NCBI GenBank assembly: GCA_003211115.1
Contig: QCTP01000002.1
Coordinates: forward strand, 398 to 64,397
DNA length: 64,000 nucleotides
Reading direction: 5' to 3'
Source of the DNA: Prochlorococcus sp. AG-673-M19
GTDB lineage: Bacteria; Cyanobacteriota; Cyanobacteriia; PCC-6307; Cyanobiaceae
The translations under genes were made by a program, and so were the position numbers. Within the stretch, counting starts at the first letter, position 1. Every line of letters starts with the position of its first letter. Under the pieces are notes generated by a model, which ran no database searches, was not told where the DNA came from, and saw nothing but the letters and a program-made list of their open reading frames with translations. Below, piece after piece: positions 30,038-41,478 of this stretch.

Positions 30038-31267
30038 TTGAAATACATCACTGTACTGGGTTCAACAGGTTCAATAGGAACTCAAACTCTCGAAATTGTA
30101 AGTGAACTCCCAGATAAATTTAAAGTAGTGGCTCTTTCAGCAGGAAGAAATATAGATTTATTGACGGAACAAGTTAGGCAACATCAACCAGAAGTTATTG
30201 CTATTGAGGATGAAAATCTTTTAGATGATTTAAAAAATAATATTAACAACATAGGAATAGAAACCCCTCCAATTGTTTTAGGTGGTCGAGATGGAATTAA
30301 TTCTGTCGCAGCATGGGATTCTGCTGATACTGTAATTACTGGGATAGTTGGATGTGCCGGACTAATTCCAACCATGTCAGCAATTAATGCAAGTAAAAAT
30401 ATTGCACTTGCTAATAAAGAAACATTAATTGCAGCAGGTTCAGTTGTTATACCCGCTTTAAAGGAAAAGAAAAGTAGACTCTTACCTGCAGACTCTGAAC
30501 ATTCAGCTATCTTTCAATGTATACAAGGATTGCCTAATTATGAAAATGCTGATTTTTCAACAGGTCTAATCCCAAATGGTTTAAAAGCTATACATTTAAC
30601 AGCCTCTGGAGGTGCTTTTAGGGATTGGGCTGTGGAAGATTTAAAAAATGTCAGAGTAGAAGATGCCACTTCTCATCCAAATTGGGATATGGGGAAAAAA
30701 ATTACTGTAGATTCTGCCACCCTAATGAATAAAGGGTTAGAAGTAATTGAAGCACATTATCTATTTGGCACATCATATGAAAATATTGAAATTGTTATTC
30801 ATCCTCAAAGTATCATTCATTCAATGATTGAGATGGAAGATTCATCTGTCCTAGCCCAATTAGGATGGCCTGATATGAAGCTCCCAATTTTATATGCCAT
30901 GAGTTGGCCAGAAAGATTTAAAACTAATTGGAAAAGATTGAATTTAACTGAGATTAGTCAACTTACATTTAAAAAACCAGATGAATTAAAATATCCATGC
31001 ATGGGCCTTGCATACTCAGCAGGAAAATGTTCTGGGACTATGCCTGCTGTACTTAATGCTGCAAATGAAATGGCGGTAGAACAATTTCTTAAAGAAAAAA
31101 TTTCTTTTCAACAGATTCCTATCTTTATTGAAAAAACTTGTGAATCACATATGAATAAACTTAATTTAAATCCAAAGTTGGAAGATATTTTAGAAGTCGA
31201 TAAATGGTCTAGAATTTTTGTTCAAGAAGAGATCAAAAAAGGTCAAAAATATATCAATGTAGGATAG
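30038..31267 (+). CDS. dxr: 1-deoxy-D-xylulose-5-phosphate reductoisomerase
   Basis: [21 protein letters not shown]. Confidence 0.98.
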   Translation: MKYITVLGSTGSIGTQTLEIVSELPDKFKVVALSAGRNIDLLTEQVRQHQPEVIAIEDENLLDDLKNNINNIGIETPPIVLGGRDGINSVAAWDSADTVITGIVGCAGLIPTMSAINASKNIALANKETLIAAGSVVIPALKEKKSRLLPADSEHSAIFQCIQGLPNYENADFSTGLIPNGLKAIHLTASGGAFRDWAVEDLKNVRVEDATSHPNWDMGKKITVDSATLMNKGLEVIEAHYLFGTSYENIEIVIHPQSIIHSMIEMEDSSVLAQLGWPDMKLPILYAMSWPERFKTNWKRLNLTEISQLTFKKPDELKYPCMGLAYSAGKCSGTMPAVLNAANEMAVEQFLKEKISFQQIPIFIEKTCESHMNKLNLNPKLEDILEVDKWSRIFVQEEIKKGQKYINVG

Positions 31268-31271
31268 AAAA

Positions 31272-31607
31272 TTGAAAGTTCATAAGCACTTATTACTTTG
31301 TGCAACTCCTACAAAACAAAAATGTTTTAAAGGAGATGAAGGTATTAAGACATGGGAAAGTCTTAAAAAGATTTTAAAAAATTATGAGAATGATCCTCAC
31401 TCAAAAAAAATTCATATATTTAGATCTAAAGTTGATTGTTTAAGAATATGCAAAAACGGACCAATTCTTCTTATTTGGCCTGATGGAGTTTGGTATGAAA
31501 AAGTTTCTCCAAAAAAAGTATCGGAAATTTTCACTTCTCATATTATTAATGGTAATCCAATCGAAAAATGGATTTTCAAAAAAACTCCTTTTATGAAGTT
31601 ACACTAA
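31272..31607 (+). CDS. Thioredoxin-like [2Fe-2S] ferredoxin
   Basis: LLLC...C, CLRICKNGP, WPDGVWY. Confidence 0.85.
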   Translation: MKVHKHLLLCATPTKQKCFKGDEGIKTWESLKKILKNYENDPHSKKIHIFRSKVDCLRICKNGPILLIWPDGVWYEKVSPKKVSEIFTSHIINGNPIEKWIFKKTPFMKLH

Positions 31608-32711
31608 ACTATATATTTGCTGAATACTTAAAAGCCAACTCTTAACTGCTTCATCAGACCAACATCCATCATTGGAATGAAAACCATTATGACCTCCTTT
31701 GTTAGTAATTAGGATACTTAATTTATCTAATGATTCATTCACAGAATTTTTCAAATTTATAGTAGCTTCAAATGGAACCCAAGGATCATCTTTAGAATGT
31801 ATTAGAAGAGTAGGCGGAAGATTCTTAATTAATTTTTGGATTCTAAATATAGGGGAAGCTTGATAATAATAATCCTTTAAAGATTTAAATCCCCAACTTG
31901 GTGCAGTAAACTCTGCATCAAATTCTCCTATCGTTTTTAAACCTTTAATTTTTTTACTCAATTTTGGCAAAAAAATCCCTTCATTTCTATAGCCATCCCA
32001 TAATTGCCTTTTTAAACGGTGGATTAACCATTTTTGATATAAATAATTTCTAGGTCTTTCTATACAATTACTACAAGATATCAAATCTAGAGGGCTACTC
32101 ACACAGGCCAATCCATCTACTAATTTTCTACTATTGTCTGAGTTATAATCTAAGCATGCATTAAGAAGAATTGTTCCTCCTAGAGATAATCCAACTCCAA
32201 ATATTGGAATATCATCTTTATTATTAAGAAAAAACTTAAACTCAGAATTTATAAGTTTTCTAAAAAATTTAAGTGCCGAAATAATATCATTTGAACATCT
32301 TGCGGAATAATTCCCTTTTGCCAAATATCTTCCTGAACCGGCGCCTCTCAGATTTAATTTAAGGACTCCAAATCCATTATTTACTAATTTCCTAGCAATT
32401 CTTTTTAAACCAAAGCGCTTTGTAGATCCACCCAATCCATGAGTAATAATCACGATTCCCTTTAAAGAATCAAACTTTTCTGGCAACTCCAAGAACCCTA
32501 ATAGATAATCACCTTCAAATTTTTCTGAGAGAATATTATTTATGGGTAAAAGAATTTTTTTATCTTTTTTGGCTTGGAGACCGTCAAAAATAAATGTATC
32601 TCTTAAAGTTTGAACATCACCTCCAAACCAAGGAATAGCTTCATTAAAAGGATTTTTATTTAAATAGTCCGAGAATTTAAATGAGATATTATTATTTTTC
32701 GCCAACCCCAA
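31599..32711 (-). CDS. YheT-family alpha/beta hydrolase
   Basis: HGLGG, GLSLGG, DDPWVP, GGHNGF. Confidence 0.9.
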   Translation of the reverse strand: MGLAKNNNISFKFSDYLNKNPFNEAIPWFGGDVQTLRDTFIFDGLQAKKDKKILLPINNILSEKFEGDYLLGFLELPEKFDSLKGIVIITHGLGGSTKRFGLKRIARKLVNNGFGVLKLNLRGAGSGRYLAKGNYSARCSNDIISALKFFRKLINSEFKFFLNNKDDIPIFGVGLSLGGTILLNACLDYNSDNSRKLVDGLACVSSPLDLISCSNCIERPRNYLYQKWLIHRLKRQLWDGYRNEGIFLPKLSKKIKGLKTIGEFDAEFTAPSWGFKSLKDYYYQASPIFRIQKLIKNLPPTLLIHSKDDPWVPFEATINLKNSVNESLDKLSILITNKGGHNGFHSNDGCWSDEAVKSWLLSIQQIYSLV

Positions 32712-34128
32712 GATCCTTTAATTCGCTAATTAACTCGCTCAACACTTTTTTTGCATCACCAAAGACCATTGAAGTATTAGGTAAATCAAATAAATCATTT
32801 TTAATACCCGAATATCCTGCGCTCATTCCTCTTTTTATAACAAAAACTGTTCTTGCTTCTTGTACATCAAGAACAGGCATTCCATACAGAGGAGAACTTT
32901 TGTCATTTTTCGCCTGAGGATTAACCACATCATTTGCACCTAAGACTAAAACAACATCTGTAGCTGGAAATTCTGGATTAACAATGTCCATCTCTTTAAG
33001 TTGTTCATAAGGAACATCAGCTTCTGCTAAAAGAACATTCATATGTCCTGGCATTCTTCCTGCTACAGGATGAATAGCGTATACAACTTCAATTCCATTT
33101 TGTTCTAGCTTTTTTGTTACCTCTCTTAAAGTATGTTGAGCTTGAGCTACAGCAAGGCCGTACCCAGGAACGACGATTACCCTATTAGCTGCCTCTAAAG
33201 TCAATGCACACTCTTCAACACTACAAGAGGTTATATTTGTATATTCCCCTGATCCAGAAGATGTAGTACTTTGGGCAGATAAAGATCCTCCAAAGAGGAC
33301 AGAGACCAGAGACCTATTCATCCCCTTGCACATTACCTGAGTTAAAATTAAACCCGCTGCTCCTACCATTGCACCGGCGACAATCAAAAGCTGGCTGTCT
33401 ACAACAAAACCTGCTGCTGCTGCTGCAATCCCTGAATAGCTATTTAAAAGAGATATAACAACAGGCATATCTGCTCCCCCAATTGGCAACGTTACACCAA
33501 TCCCCAACAAAGTGGAGGCTATGACTAATAGCCAAATCGAACTAATATTTCCACTTATTAAATATATAAAAGCTAATAATGATGTTACGCCAAAAATAAT
33601 GTTTACAAAATGTCTAGCTTTAACCTGAGTCCATCCAGGGGTAGATAGCCAACCTTGTAGTTTTGCCATTGCCACGATCGAACCTGAAAAAGTAATGGCA
33701 CCAACAAATATCGAAACTGAAATTGAGATATCATTAATAAAAGGCTCTACATAACCTGCTTTTGCTCCTTCATTAAAAGGGAACAAAAAGGCACCAATAG
33801 CTACCAATAAAGAGGACATTCCACCAAAGCCATTAAATAAAGCTACAGTCTCTGGCATTGATGTCATTGGAACTTTCTTAGCAAGTAAAGTTCCAAATAA
33901 ACTCCCTACCAATGATCCAATAATGATCCATGCCCAAGATTGGGCAGGGATTCCTGAAGTCCCTAAATAGTAAGCTAGTAAACCTACAACAGAAAGCAAC
34001 ATCGCAAATGCTGCTAATATATTTGCTTCTCTAGCAGACCTAACTTTTGATAAGCCCTTTATTCCCAGAGCTAATAGCAGAACAGCTAAAAGATCTATAA
34101 CGAATTTAATAATATCAGGAAGATTCAT
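32692..34128 (-). CDS. pntB: NAD(P) transhydrogenase subunit beta
   Basis: GGADMPVV, HPVAGRMPGHMNVLLAEA. Confidence 0.98.
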   Translation of the reverse strand: MNLPDIIKFVIDLLAVLLLALGIKGLSKVRSAREANILAAFAMLLSVVGLLAYYLGTSGIPAQSWAWIIIGSLVGSLFGTLLAKKVPMTSMPETVALFNGFGGMSSLLVAIGAFLFPFNEGAKAGYVEPFINDISISVSIFVGAITFSGSIVAMAKLQGWLSTPGWTQVKARHFVNIIFGVTSLLAFIYLISGNISSIWLLVIASTLLGIGVTLPIGGADMPVVISLLNSYSGIAAAAAGFVVDSQLLIVAGAMVGAAGLILTQVMCKGMNRSLVSVLFGGSLSAQSTTSSGSGEYTNITSCSVEECALTLEAANRVIVVPGYGLAVAQAQHTLREVTKKLEQNGIEVVYAIHPVAGRMPGHMNVLLAEADVPYEQLKEMDIVNPEFPATDVVLVLGANDVVNPQAKNDKSSPLYGMPVLDVQEARTVFVIKRGMSAGYSGIKNDLFDLPNTSMVFGDAKKVLSELISELKDLGVGEK

Positions 34129-34138
34129 TTTTATTTAA

Positions 34139-34435
34139 TTATTTATTTTTTTTTGTAGGTTTACGACTAAACATGGCAAGCATTCTGTCAGTAACAAAAA
34201 AACCACCTACTACGTTGAAAAGAGCAAATCCAAGAGATATTGATCCGATTATTAATAGAGGACTATTTGGTTCTGCTTTTATAATTGCAGTTAATGCTGC
34301 CAACATTGTGATACCTGAGATGGCATTTGCTCCACTCATTAAGGGTGTATGAAGTGTTGGCGGAACTTTTCCAATTAATTCCAAACCCAATAAACTTCCA
34401 AGCAATAAAACCCAAAGAAGGCTATCAAAATTCAT
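34139..34435 (-). CDS. pntA: NAD(P) transhydrogenase alpha subunit, membrane part
   Basis: VPPTLHTPLMSGANAISG. Confidence 0.95.
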   Translation of the reverse strand: MNFDSLLWVLLLGSLLGLELIGKVPPTLHTPLMSGANAISGITMLAALTAIIKAEPNSPLLIIGSISLGFALFNVVGGFFVTDRMLAMFSRKPTKKNK

Positions 34436-34450
34436 AATTTAATTAAAACC

Positions 34451-35602
34451 TCAATTTTCAAATACTTTATTTTGAAGGATAACTCCTTCATCACTTAATA
34501 AACATCCAGAGATTAATTCATCCTCTTTGTCTAAATTAATTAGACCATCTTTTATGAAAGGTGTAATCAAAGATGTTAGGTTCTTAGCATAAAGTGTACT
34601 TGCATCATAAGGAACGGATGAAGGCAACTCGCCTGCCCCTATAAGCTTTACACCATTACGAATAATAGTTTCATTAGATTTAGTTCCTTCACAATTACCG
34701 CCTTGTGATACTGCTAAATCAATTACTACTGCTCCAGGCCTCATCTTTTCAATCATATGAGAATCTATTAAAACAGGAGCTTTTTTACCTAAGACTTGAG
34801 CCGTACAAACTGCGACATCAGATTCAGATAAATATTTAGTTAAAGTGGCTTTTTGTTTAGCAAGGAATTCAGGAGTAACAGCTTTTGCATAACCACCAGA
34901 TTCGCCAGGTTTTTCATCAATTTCAGGAAGTTCTATGAATCTTGCTCCAAGAGATTCGACTTGTTCTTTTACTGCTGGTCTAATATCAGATACAAAAACA
35001 ATAGCTCCAAGTCTTTTTGCAGTAGCAACTGCCTGTAATCCTGCAACTCCTCCACCAAGAACAATAACCTTCGCGGGCTGTACGGTTCCTGCTGCAGTCA
35101 TCAGCATAGGAAAATATCTATCAAGTTCGCTTGCTGCTAAAAGAACTGCTTTATACCCTGCGATATTGGCTTGAGAGGAAAGGACATCCGATGATTGTGC
35201 TCTACTAATCCTTGGAAGTAATTCCATTGATAAAGCAGAGATCTTTTTACTTGTTATTGTTTTTTTAAGTTTTTCATTATGAAATGGATCTAGAAGGCCT
35301 AGAAGAAGAGCTCCTTTTTTTAAATTGCTTAAGTTACCTTCTGAAGGAATTTGAACACAAAATATAATGTCAGCCTCCCCCCAGATATTCATATCAGATT
35401 CACTAACAATTTCACCTCCAGATTCTTTGTATAAAGTGTCATTAAACCCTGATAGTTCTCCTGCTGAACTTTCTACAAAAACTTCACATCCAAGACTTGT
35501 TAATTTTTTTACAGCTCCAGGAGTAGCTGAAACTCTTTTCTCTCCAGAGGCTTTTTCAATAGGAATGAGTATTTTTGTCAATTTATAATATTTTTTAGAC
35601 AT
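34451..35602 (-). CDS. pntA: NAD(P) transhydrogenase alpha subunit, dI part
   Basis: PRISRAQ, GGGVAGL, GGYAK. Confidence 0.96.
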   Translation of the reverse strand: MSKKYYKLTKILIPIEKASGEKRVSATPGAVKKLTSLGCEVFVESSAGELSGFNDTLYKESGGEIVSESDMNIWGEADIIFCVQIPSEGNLSNLKKGALLLGLLDPFHNEKLKKTITSKKISALSMELLPRISRAQSSDVLSSQANIAGYKAVLLAASELDRYFPMLMTAAGTVQPAKVIVLGGGVAGLQAVATAKRLGAIVFVSDIRPAVKEQVESLGARFIELPEIDEKPGESGGYAKAVTPEFLAKQKATLTKYLSESDVAVCTAQVLGKKAPVLIDSHMIEKMRPGAVVIDLAVSQGGNCEGTKSNETIIRNGVKLIGAGELPSSVPYDASTLYAKNLTSLITPFIKDGLINLDKEDELISGCLLSDEGVILQNKVFEN

Positions 35603-35714
35603 ACTAAAGATAATTTGAATAAAGTCAAAAGTCTTGGAGTTTGAGTTTTGTTAAAAACATATTTTCTTTTTTTTAAATCATGGCTATGAAAAATATAGAA
35701 GTATAAAAAATCTA

Positions 35715-36293
35715 ATGAGCATAAAAGCTATCGAATGCCCAGATGGAGTTTGTCACAGTCATCATGGTGGCCATGCTGTTCCAAGACAAACGATGCAAAG
35801 AAACTTAGAAAAGCATGGGAAAGATTGGTGTGAAAAACTAGCTGAAAGAATCTATGAAATGTCAGTTGACACCTATTCTCAAACAGTTATGCCTAGTCTT
35901 CATTCTTCAGGTTGGCAAAGAAGACATTTAGATTGGGAATTCAAACTAGCTGAAAATGATTCAGAACCTGATGAAGCTCTTGTCGAAGGAATTATAAATG
36001 CTACTGAAAGTTTCCTTAGAAGCAGTGAAGTGCATAGATTATTCATACAGGAATTAGTCCAGGGTACATTTGAAGAAGCAAATGATAAGAGAATACTTTC
36101 TAAGGCTATAAAGTCTATTATTGAAGAAGAAATAGTTATTTCATTAAGAGAAAAAAAAGAAACTCTTTTAAGAAAAATTTCCTCAAAATTAGTCTCAGAA
36201 GAAAAAGTTAGCGAGGAGATTGCAATTAATTCAGCAAAAGAAGGTTTTGAAGAAGTTGAAAGGTTACTCGTAAATCATACAGAGGCAGTTTAG
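35715..36293 (+). CDS. Conserved hypothetical protein with N-terminal CPDGVCHSHHGGH
   Basis: 192 aa ORF; Cys/His-rich possible metal-binding N-terminus. Confidence 0.8.
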   Translation: MSIKAIECPDGVCHSHHGGHAVPRQTMQRNLEKHGKDWCEKLAERIYEMSVDTYSQTVMPSLHSSGWQRRHLDWEFKLAENDSEPDEALVEGIINATESFLRSSEVHRLFIQELVQGTFEEANDKRILSKAIKSIIEEEIVISLREKKETLLRKISSKLVSEEKVSEEIAINSAKEGFEEVERLLVNHTEAV

Positions 36294-36446
36294 GTATAAT
36301 TCTTTATATTTTTTTATATTTATCTTAAATACTGGGTCAAATATTAACTAAACATTAAATTATTGTTTGAAAGTACAAAGTTGTAACTTATTAGACAATA
36401 GGCAGAGCAATTTTTGTGCTTATGTATAGTCAATTCTAAGTAGGAA

Positions 36447-36683
36447 ATGTCTAATTTTTTAAAAAGAAGAATTGATGTAGCAACTTGTTGGGCGACCAAT
36501 AGAATTTCCTTTATGGATACGCAAGAAAAATATGAGGATAGTTACGCAATTGCTGAGGAATTTAGGGAATGGATATTGCATATTGGTGAAGAAAATCAGA
36601 ACTTAAGAAATTCTGTATTGAATTTCCCTAATGGATTAAAAGAATTATTAGATCAAAAAATGAATGAGAAATTAATCGAGTGA
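36447..36683 (+). CDS. Conserved hypothetical protein
   Basis: 78 aa ORF with AGGA SD. Confidence 0.7.
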   Translation: MSNFLKRRIDVATCWATNRISFMDTQEKYEDSYAIAEEFREWILHIGEENQNLRNSVLNFPNGLKELLDQKMNEKLIE

Positions 36684-36741
36684 AATCCGACCTTCATAAA
36701 TAAGGGCGATTGTTTAATATTGGGTATGAGTCAATATCTAA

Positions 36742-38118
36742 ATGGAAACTAAAATACAAGAAAATAACATTGAAAATATCGTAATTATAGGTTCTGGACC
36801 GGCTGGCTATACAGCGGCAATATACGCAGCTCGAGCAAATCTCCAACCTCTTTTAGTTACAGGTTTTAATTCTGGTGGAATTCCAGGTGGACAATTAATG
36901 ACAACTACTTTTGTTGAAAACTATCCGGGATTCCCAGATGGAATATTAGGACCTGAATTAATGGATTTAATGAAAGCTCAAGCTGAGAGATGGGGAACTA
37001 ACTTATATGAAAGTGATGTAATTTCTATTAATACTAATAAACATCCTTTCGAAATTAAAACTTTAGAAGGCGTCATTAAATCAAATTCAATTATTATTGC
37101 GACTGGAGCAAGCGCTAATAGATTAGGAGTTATTAATGAAGATAAATTTTGGAGTAAAGGGATAAGTGCTTGCGCGATTTGTGATGGAGCAACACCACAG
37201 TTTAGAGATGAAGAATTAGCAGTTATTGGAGGAGGAGATTCTGCCTGTGAAGAAGCGGCATATCTAACAAAATATGGCAGTAGAGTCCATTTACTAGTTA
37301 GATCTGAAAAATTAAGGGCTAGTGCTGCAATGGTAGATAGAGTTAAAGCTAATTCAAAGATTGAAATCCATTGGAACACAAAAGTAGAAAAAGCAAATGG
37401 AACTGATTGGCTTGAAAATATTGAAGCAATTAACTCAAAAAAAGGTCCTGTTGAAATTAAAGTAAAAGGACTTTTTTATGCTATTGGACATACCCCAAAT
37501 ACAAAGTTTTTAGATAATAAAATCGAATTAGATAAAAAAGGATATATTGCTTGCAAATCAGGTAGACCAGAAACTTCTATAGAAGGTATATTCGCAGCTG
37601 GTGATGTTGTTGATTCAGAATGGAGACAAGGGGTTACAGCCGCCGGCACAGGCTGTATGGCAGCATTAGCAGCTGAAAGATGGCTAGCAGAGAAAAATCT
37701 TTCTAAAACAATTATAAGAGAAACAGCTGAACCAGAAAAAACATCCTCTTGTTCAAGTTTTAATGAAAAGGAGGCAAATGAAGATACTTTTGATTTAAAC
37801 TCTGAATGGCAAAAAGGTAGTTATGCCCTTAGAAAGCTTTATCATGAGAGTAAGAAACCCATTTTAGTAATTTTTAGCTCTCCAAGTTGCGGACCTTGCC
37901 ATGTATTAAAACCACAACTCAAAAGAGTGATCAATGAATTCAATGGGGCCGTGCAAGGTATAGAAATTGATATTGATATTGATCAAGAAATTGCTAAACA
38001 AGCTGGTATTAATGGAACTCCTACAATACAACTATTCAAGGACAAGTTACTTAAAAAACAATGGCAAGGAGTTAAACAACGTAGTGAATTCAAAGAAGCT
38101 ATAAAAAAAATTATTTAA
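36742..38118 (+). CDS. trxB: NADPH-thioredoxin reductase with fused thioredoxin domain (NTRC)
   Basis: GSGPAG, CAICD, GGGDSA, C-terminal CGPC Trx domain. Confidence 0.95.
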   Translation: METKIQENNIENIVIIGSGPAGYTAAIYAARANLQPLLVTGFNSGGIPGGQLMTTTFVENYPGFPDGILGPELMDLMKAQAERWGTNLYESDVISINTNKHPFEIKTLEGVIKSNSIIIATGASANRLGVINEDKFWSKGISACAICDGATPQFRDEELAVIGGGDSACEEAAYLTKYGSRVHLLVRSEKLRASAAMVDRVKANSKIEIHWNTKVEKANGTDWLENIEAINSKKGPVEIKVKGLFYAIGHTPNTKFLDNKIELDKKGYIACKSGRPETSIEGIFAAGDVVDSEWRQGVTAAGTGCMAALAAERWLAEKNLSKTIIRETAEPEKTSSCSSFNEKEANEDTFDLNSEWQKGSYALRKLYHESKKPILVIFSSPSCGPCHVLKPQLKRVINEFNGAVQGIEIDIDIDQEIAKQAGINGTPTIQLFKDKLLKKQWQGVKQRSEFKEAIKKII

Positions 38119-38139
38119 ACAATATTTTTATAATTTTTT

Positions 38140-38406
38140 TTATTTCTTCCTTACATTATTCTTAGTGTTTCCTGACCTGGGACCACCACCACCTGCATTT
38201 CTTTCACGGTAAGTAATCCTACCTCTTGTTAAATCATAAGGGCTTATTTCTACAAGTACTTTGTCTCCAGCTAACAGTTTTATTCTAAATTTAGTTAACT
38301 TTCCAGCCGCTCTACATAAACATTGATGTCCTTCAGGTTGTTCTAGAGTAACCAAGTAAAAACCATTTCCTTGTTCTTTTTCTATTACGCCAGATGTTTC
38401 AATCAT
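38140..38406 (-). CDS. infA: Translation initiation factor IF-1
   Basis: GDKVLVEISPYDLTRGRITYR. Confidence 0.96.
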   Translation of the reverse strand: MIETSGVIEKEQGNGFYLVTLEQPEGHQCLCRAAGKLTKFRIKLLAGDKVLVEISPYDLTRGRITYRERNAGGGGPRSGNTKNNVRKK

Positions 38407-38510
38407 TAAATAATGTATTGTCTAGTTTCATATTATCAGAAAAGAATAAACAAAATTTATCTTAAGGTAATTACAACATCTCCAAAATACCAATTGGAAA
38501 ATTTTCAGGT

Positions 38511-38723
38511 TTATACAAAAAATTTAATTTCGTTAATTATTTGTAACTGACCATAATAAAAATTTGCCTTTGCAATTTTTTCAGGATCCTCTAGTTGATC
38601 AAAGAACATAAATCCTAGACTTTCCCATAAAGATGATCCACAAACATTATTGAGTTCATTAGTTGCTTCTTGAGCAATATTTTTTAATTTACGCTCGAGA
38701 TTTTTAGATTTAGAGATTGACAT
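38511..38723 (-). CDS. Small hypothetical protein
   Basis: 70 aa ORF with a LexA-like box upstream. Confidence 0.7.
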   Translation of the reverse strand: MSISKSKNLERKLKNIAQEATNELNNVCGSSLWESLGFMFFDQLEDPEKIAKANFYYGQLQIINEIKFFV

Positions 38724-38741
38724 TAATAAAATTTCTTAGAT

Positions 38742-38755
38742 AGTACAAATATACT
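38742..38755. promoter_or_regulatory. LexA-like box
   Basis: (T)AGTACAAATATACT(A), one mismatch to AGTACWNWTGTACT. Confidence 0.6.
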
Positions 38756-38777
38756 ATATTTTTTTATTAATGCAATC

Positions 38778-39740
38778 TTAGAATGGTAGTCTCTTTTTTT
38801 CTTCGATATTGAGATCAGCTTCCATTTCTTTGAGTCTTTTTAAAATCTGCTGATAGTATTCTTTAATATAGCTTTCCAGAGAGGTAGAATCTTCTTTATT
38901 GAGGTCTAACACATCATATGTGTTGCTCATATCCGCATCTAATGCTATCCCACTACTAGTAACTTCAGCAAAAGCCAATCTCTCAGAAACGTTTAATGCA
39001 TCTTGAAAAAAAGAAACCACACTTTGAGTAACTTTTATCAAAAAGGGCGAAACTCTAAAAATCTTTGCTTTTTTATTACTATATTTTTCACATAAAGAGA
39101 TTACTTCATCAGGATCCCAAGCTTTTGGTCCAACTAAAGGAAGTGAAAGCTTGTAGGATTTAGTATTGTTTATCGAGGAAACAATAATTTTTGCCATATC
39201 TTGTGTATTCATATAAGCGATTTTTGTTGGAGTACCACTCATCCAAACAGCTTGACTGTCTAACACAGGAATAGCGAATTGACTAATAACTCCTTGCATA
39301 AAAGCAGCACATTTGAAAATCGTATAGTCGAAGTTAGATTTTTCAAGAAATTTTTCAGTGCAATATTTAACGTCCATTAAAGGAACGTTTCTAAACTTTT
39401 CTGTTGATAAGATTGAAAGAAAAATAACCCTTTTTATTTTTTTTGATTCACAAGCATTAAAAAGATTGAGTTTCCCATCCCAGTCAGTTTCATATATGCT
39501 TTTAGAATCCTCGGGTCTGCCAGTTGCACTATCAATAACTACTTCAATATCCTGAAGAGCATAATCTATATCTCCAGATTTAAGTAAATTTCCTTTTGTA
39601 AGTTCACATCCCCACTCCTGAAGGAAAGAAGCTTTCCTTGGATTCCTAACAAAACATCTAACCTCATGACCCTCTTCGATAGCTTGTTTTGCTATCTGCC
39701 TTCCAAGAGTTCCAGTTGCACCTACTAAGAGAATCTTCAT
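38778..39740 (-). CDS. ycf39: Ycf39-like atypical SDR (PSII assembly)
   Basis: GATGTLGRQ, FLQEWG, DWDGK, AYMNTQD. Confidence 0.9.
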   Translation of the reverse strand: MKILLVGATGTLGRQIAKQAIEEGHEVRCFVRNPRKASFLQEWGCELTKGNLLKSGDIDYALQDIEVVIDSATGRPEDSKSIYETDWDGKLNLFNACESKKIKRVIFLSILSTEKFRNVPLMDVKYCTEKFLEKSNFDYTIFKCAAFMQGVISQFAIPVLDSQAVWMSGTPTKIAYMNTQDMAKIIVSSINNTKSYKLSLPLVGPKAWDPDEVISLCEKYSNKKAKIFRVSPFLIKVTQSVVSFFQDALNVSERLAFAEVTSSGIALDADMSNTYDVLDLNKEDSTSLESYIKEYYQQILKRLKEMEADLNIEEKKRLPF

Positions 39741-39797
39741 ACCTAAGGATGTACTAATTTTCCGAGATTAACTCACTTTCAATAGTATTCGTGAGAA

Positions 39798-39896
39798 TCA
39801 ATCTCCTTGAAATTTTAATAATAATGCACCACCAACCAATCCAATTGGTATCAATATCCAAAAAACAGCAGCAATGCTAAAAATTTCTTTGGCCAT
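39798..39896 (-). CDS. petM: Cytochrome b6f subunit PetM (32 aa)
   Basis: [32 protein letters not shown]; too short for the ORF track. Confidence 0.93.
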
Positions 39897-40006
39897 ACGA
39901 AACTTAATCAATTATTATAATTTAACCCTAAATTGCAACTTTTTGTACAAAAAATAACTTATGCAAATATCTTTAAATTATTAAAGAGGAATAAATTTTT
40001 ATTTAT

Positions 40007-40951
40007 ATGGAACCTATCTATAAATCAGAAGATGTAGAGGAATCTAATTACTGGAATTGGAATGGATTCAAAATTTTTTGGAGTGTTAGAGGAAAACAAA
40101 ATACGTATCCAATAATTTTGCTACACGGGTTTGGAGCGAGCAGTAAACATTGGAGAAATAATTCTTACTACTTTGCAAAAAAGGGATATTCTGTTTATTC
40201 GATAGATTTAATTGGGTTTGGTAATTCAGCTCAACCAGGAATAAGAGAGATAGGAAAATTAGACAACGGAGTTTGGTGTAATCAAGTTAAAGATTTTATT
40301 CAACAGGTAATTAGGCCCAAGACTCAAAATAAAGTGGTTTTAATAGGGAATTCTTTAGGTTCTTTAGTAGCTTTAACATGTGCAGTTTATTTAAAAAATG
40401 AAATATTTTCTGTTATCGCATCTCCTCTTCCAGAGCCTTTAAAAATAAATAAAAGAGAATTAAAATTTAATTCGATTTTTCAAAAAATAAAAATCAAAAT
40501 TATTAAATTATTTTTTATAGTGTTTCCGCTAGAAATAGTGCTACTTTTAATAACTAAATTAGGAATAATAAAATTAGGACTTTATTCTGCCTATTGCAAA
40601 AAAGAAAATATCGATAAAGAATTAATTGATATTGTAAGAAAACCAGTTTTGAGAAATACTGCTGCAAGATCTTTAAGAGCTATGTGCATTGGTATGTCTA
40701 CAAGAGGACATAAGTTAAAAGCCTCTTATCTATTAGAACAACTTAGTCTTTCAAAAAAAGTACCTTTTTTGTTGTTGTGGGGAGAAAAAGATAATTTCAT
40801 ACCCTTATTTCTTGGCAAAAAGATTGCAAATTTTCATAGATGGGTAGAATTAAAAATAATATCCAATTCTGGGCATTGTGTGCATGATGAAGACCCTTCA
40901 TTATTTAATAAAATTTCCTATGAATGGATTAGAGATTTAAAAACCTTTTAA
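40007..40951 (+). CDS. Alpha/beta hydrolase
   Basis: HGFGAS, GNSLG, GHCVHDE. Confidence 0.9.
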   Translation: MEPIYKSEDVEESNYWNWNGFKIFWSVRGKQNTYPIILLHGFGASSKHWRNNSYYFAKKGYSVYSIDLIGFGNSAQPGIREIGKLDNGVWCNQVKDFIQQVIRPKTQNKVVLIGNSLGSLVALTCAVYLKNEIFSVIASPLPEPLKINKRELKFNSIFQKIKIKIIKLFFIVFPLEIVLLLITKLGIIKLGLYSAYCKKENIDKELIDIVRKPVLRNTAARSLRAMCIGMSTRGHKLKASYLLEQLSLSKKVPFLLLWGEKDNFIPLFLGKKIANFHRWVELKIISNSGHCVHDEDPSLFNKISYEWIRDLKTF

Positions 40952-40953
40952 AT

Positions 40954-41478
40954 ATGAAACATACATTATCAGTACTTGTTGAAGACGAGTCCGGTGCCTT
41001 AAGTAGAATCTCGGGTCTTTTTGCAAGGAGAGGTTTTAATATTGATAGTCTTGCAGTTGGACCTGCCGAATCCAAAGGAATTTCAAGGTTAACTATGGTT
41101 GTTGAAGGTGATAATGAAACCCTTCAACAAATGACAAAACAACTTAATAAATTATTTAATGTTCTTGGAGTCGTGGATTTTACTAATCTTGCTGCAGTTG
41201 AGAGAGAATTAATGCTCCTTAAAGTTTCTTCTAAAGAAGATACAAGAAGTAATATATTAGATATCGTTCAAATATTTAGAGCAAAAGTTGTAGATGTATC
41301 AGATATTGCCTTAACACTTGAGGTGGTGGGGGATCCAGGTAAATTAGTTGCTTTAGAAAAGTTACTAGAACCATATGGAATCCTTGAGATCGCGAGAACA
41401 GGTAAAGTGGCACTCAAACGATCTTCAGGAGTAAATACTGAAATGTTAAAAATAAACAAATACTCTTTGGAGATTTAA
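40954..41478 (+). CDS. ilvN: Acetolactate synthase small subunit
   Basis: ACT domain [18 protein letters not shown]. Confidence 0.96.
   Translation: MKHTLSVLVEDESGALSRISGLFARRGFNIDSLAVGPAESKGISRLTMVVEGDNETLQQMTKQLNKLFNVLGVVDFTNLAAVERELMLLKVSSKEDTRSNILDIVQIFRAKVVDVSDIALTLEVVGDPGKLVALEKLLEPYGILEIARTGKVALKRSSGVNTEMLKINKYSLEI

Noticed and set aside
36742-38118. TrxB-thioredoxin fusion as a novelty
   Set aside because: This is the known NTRC architecture
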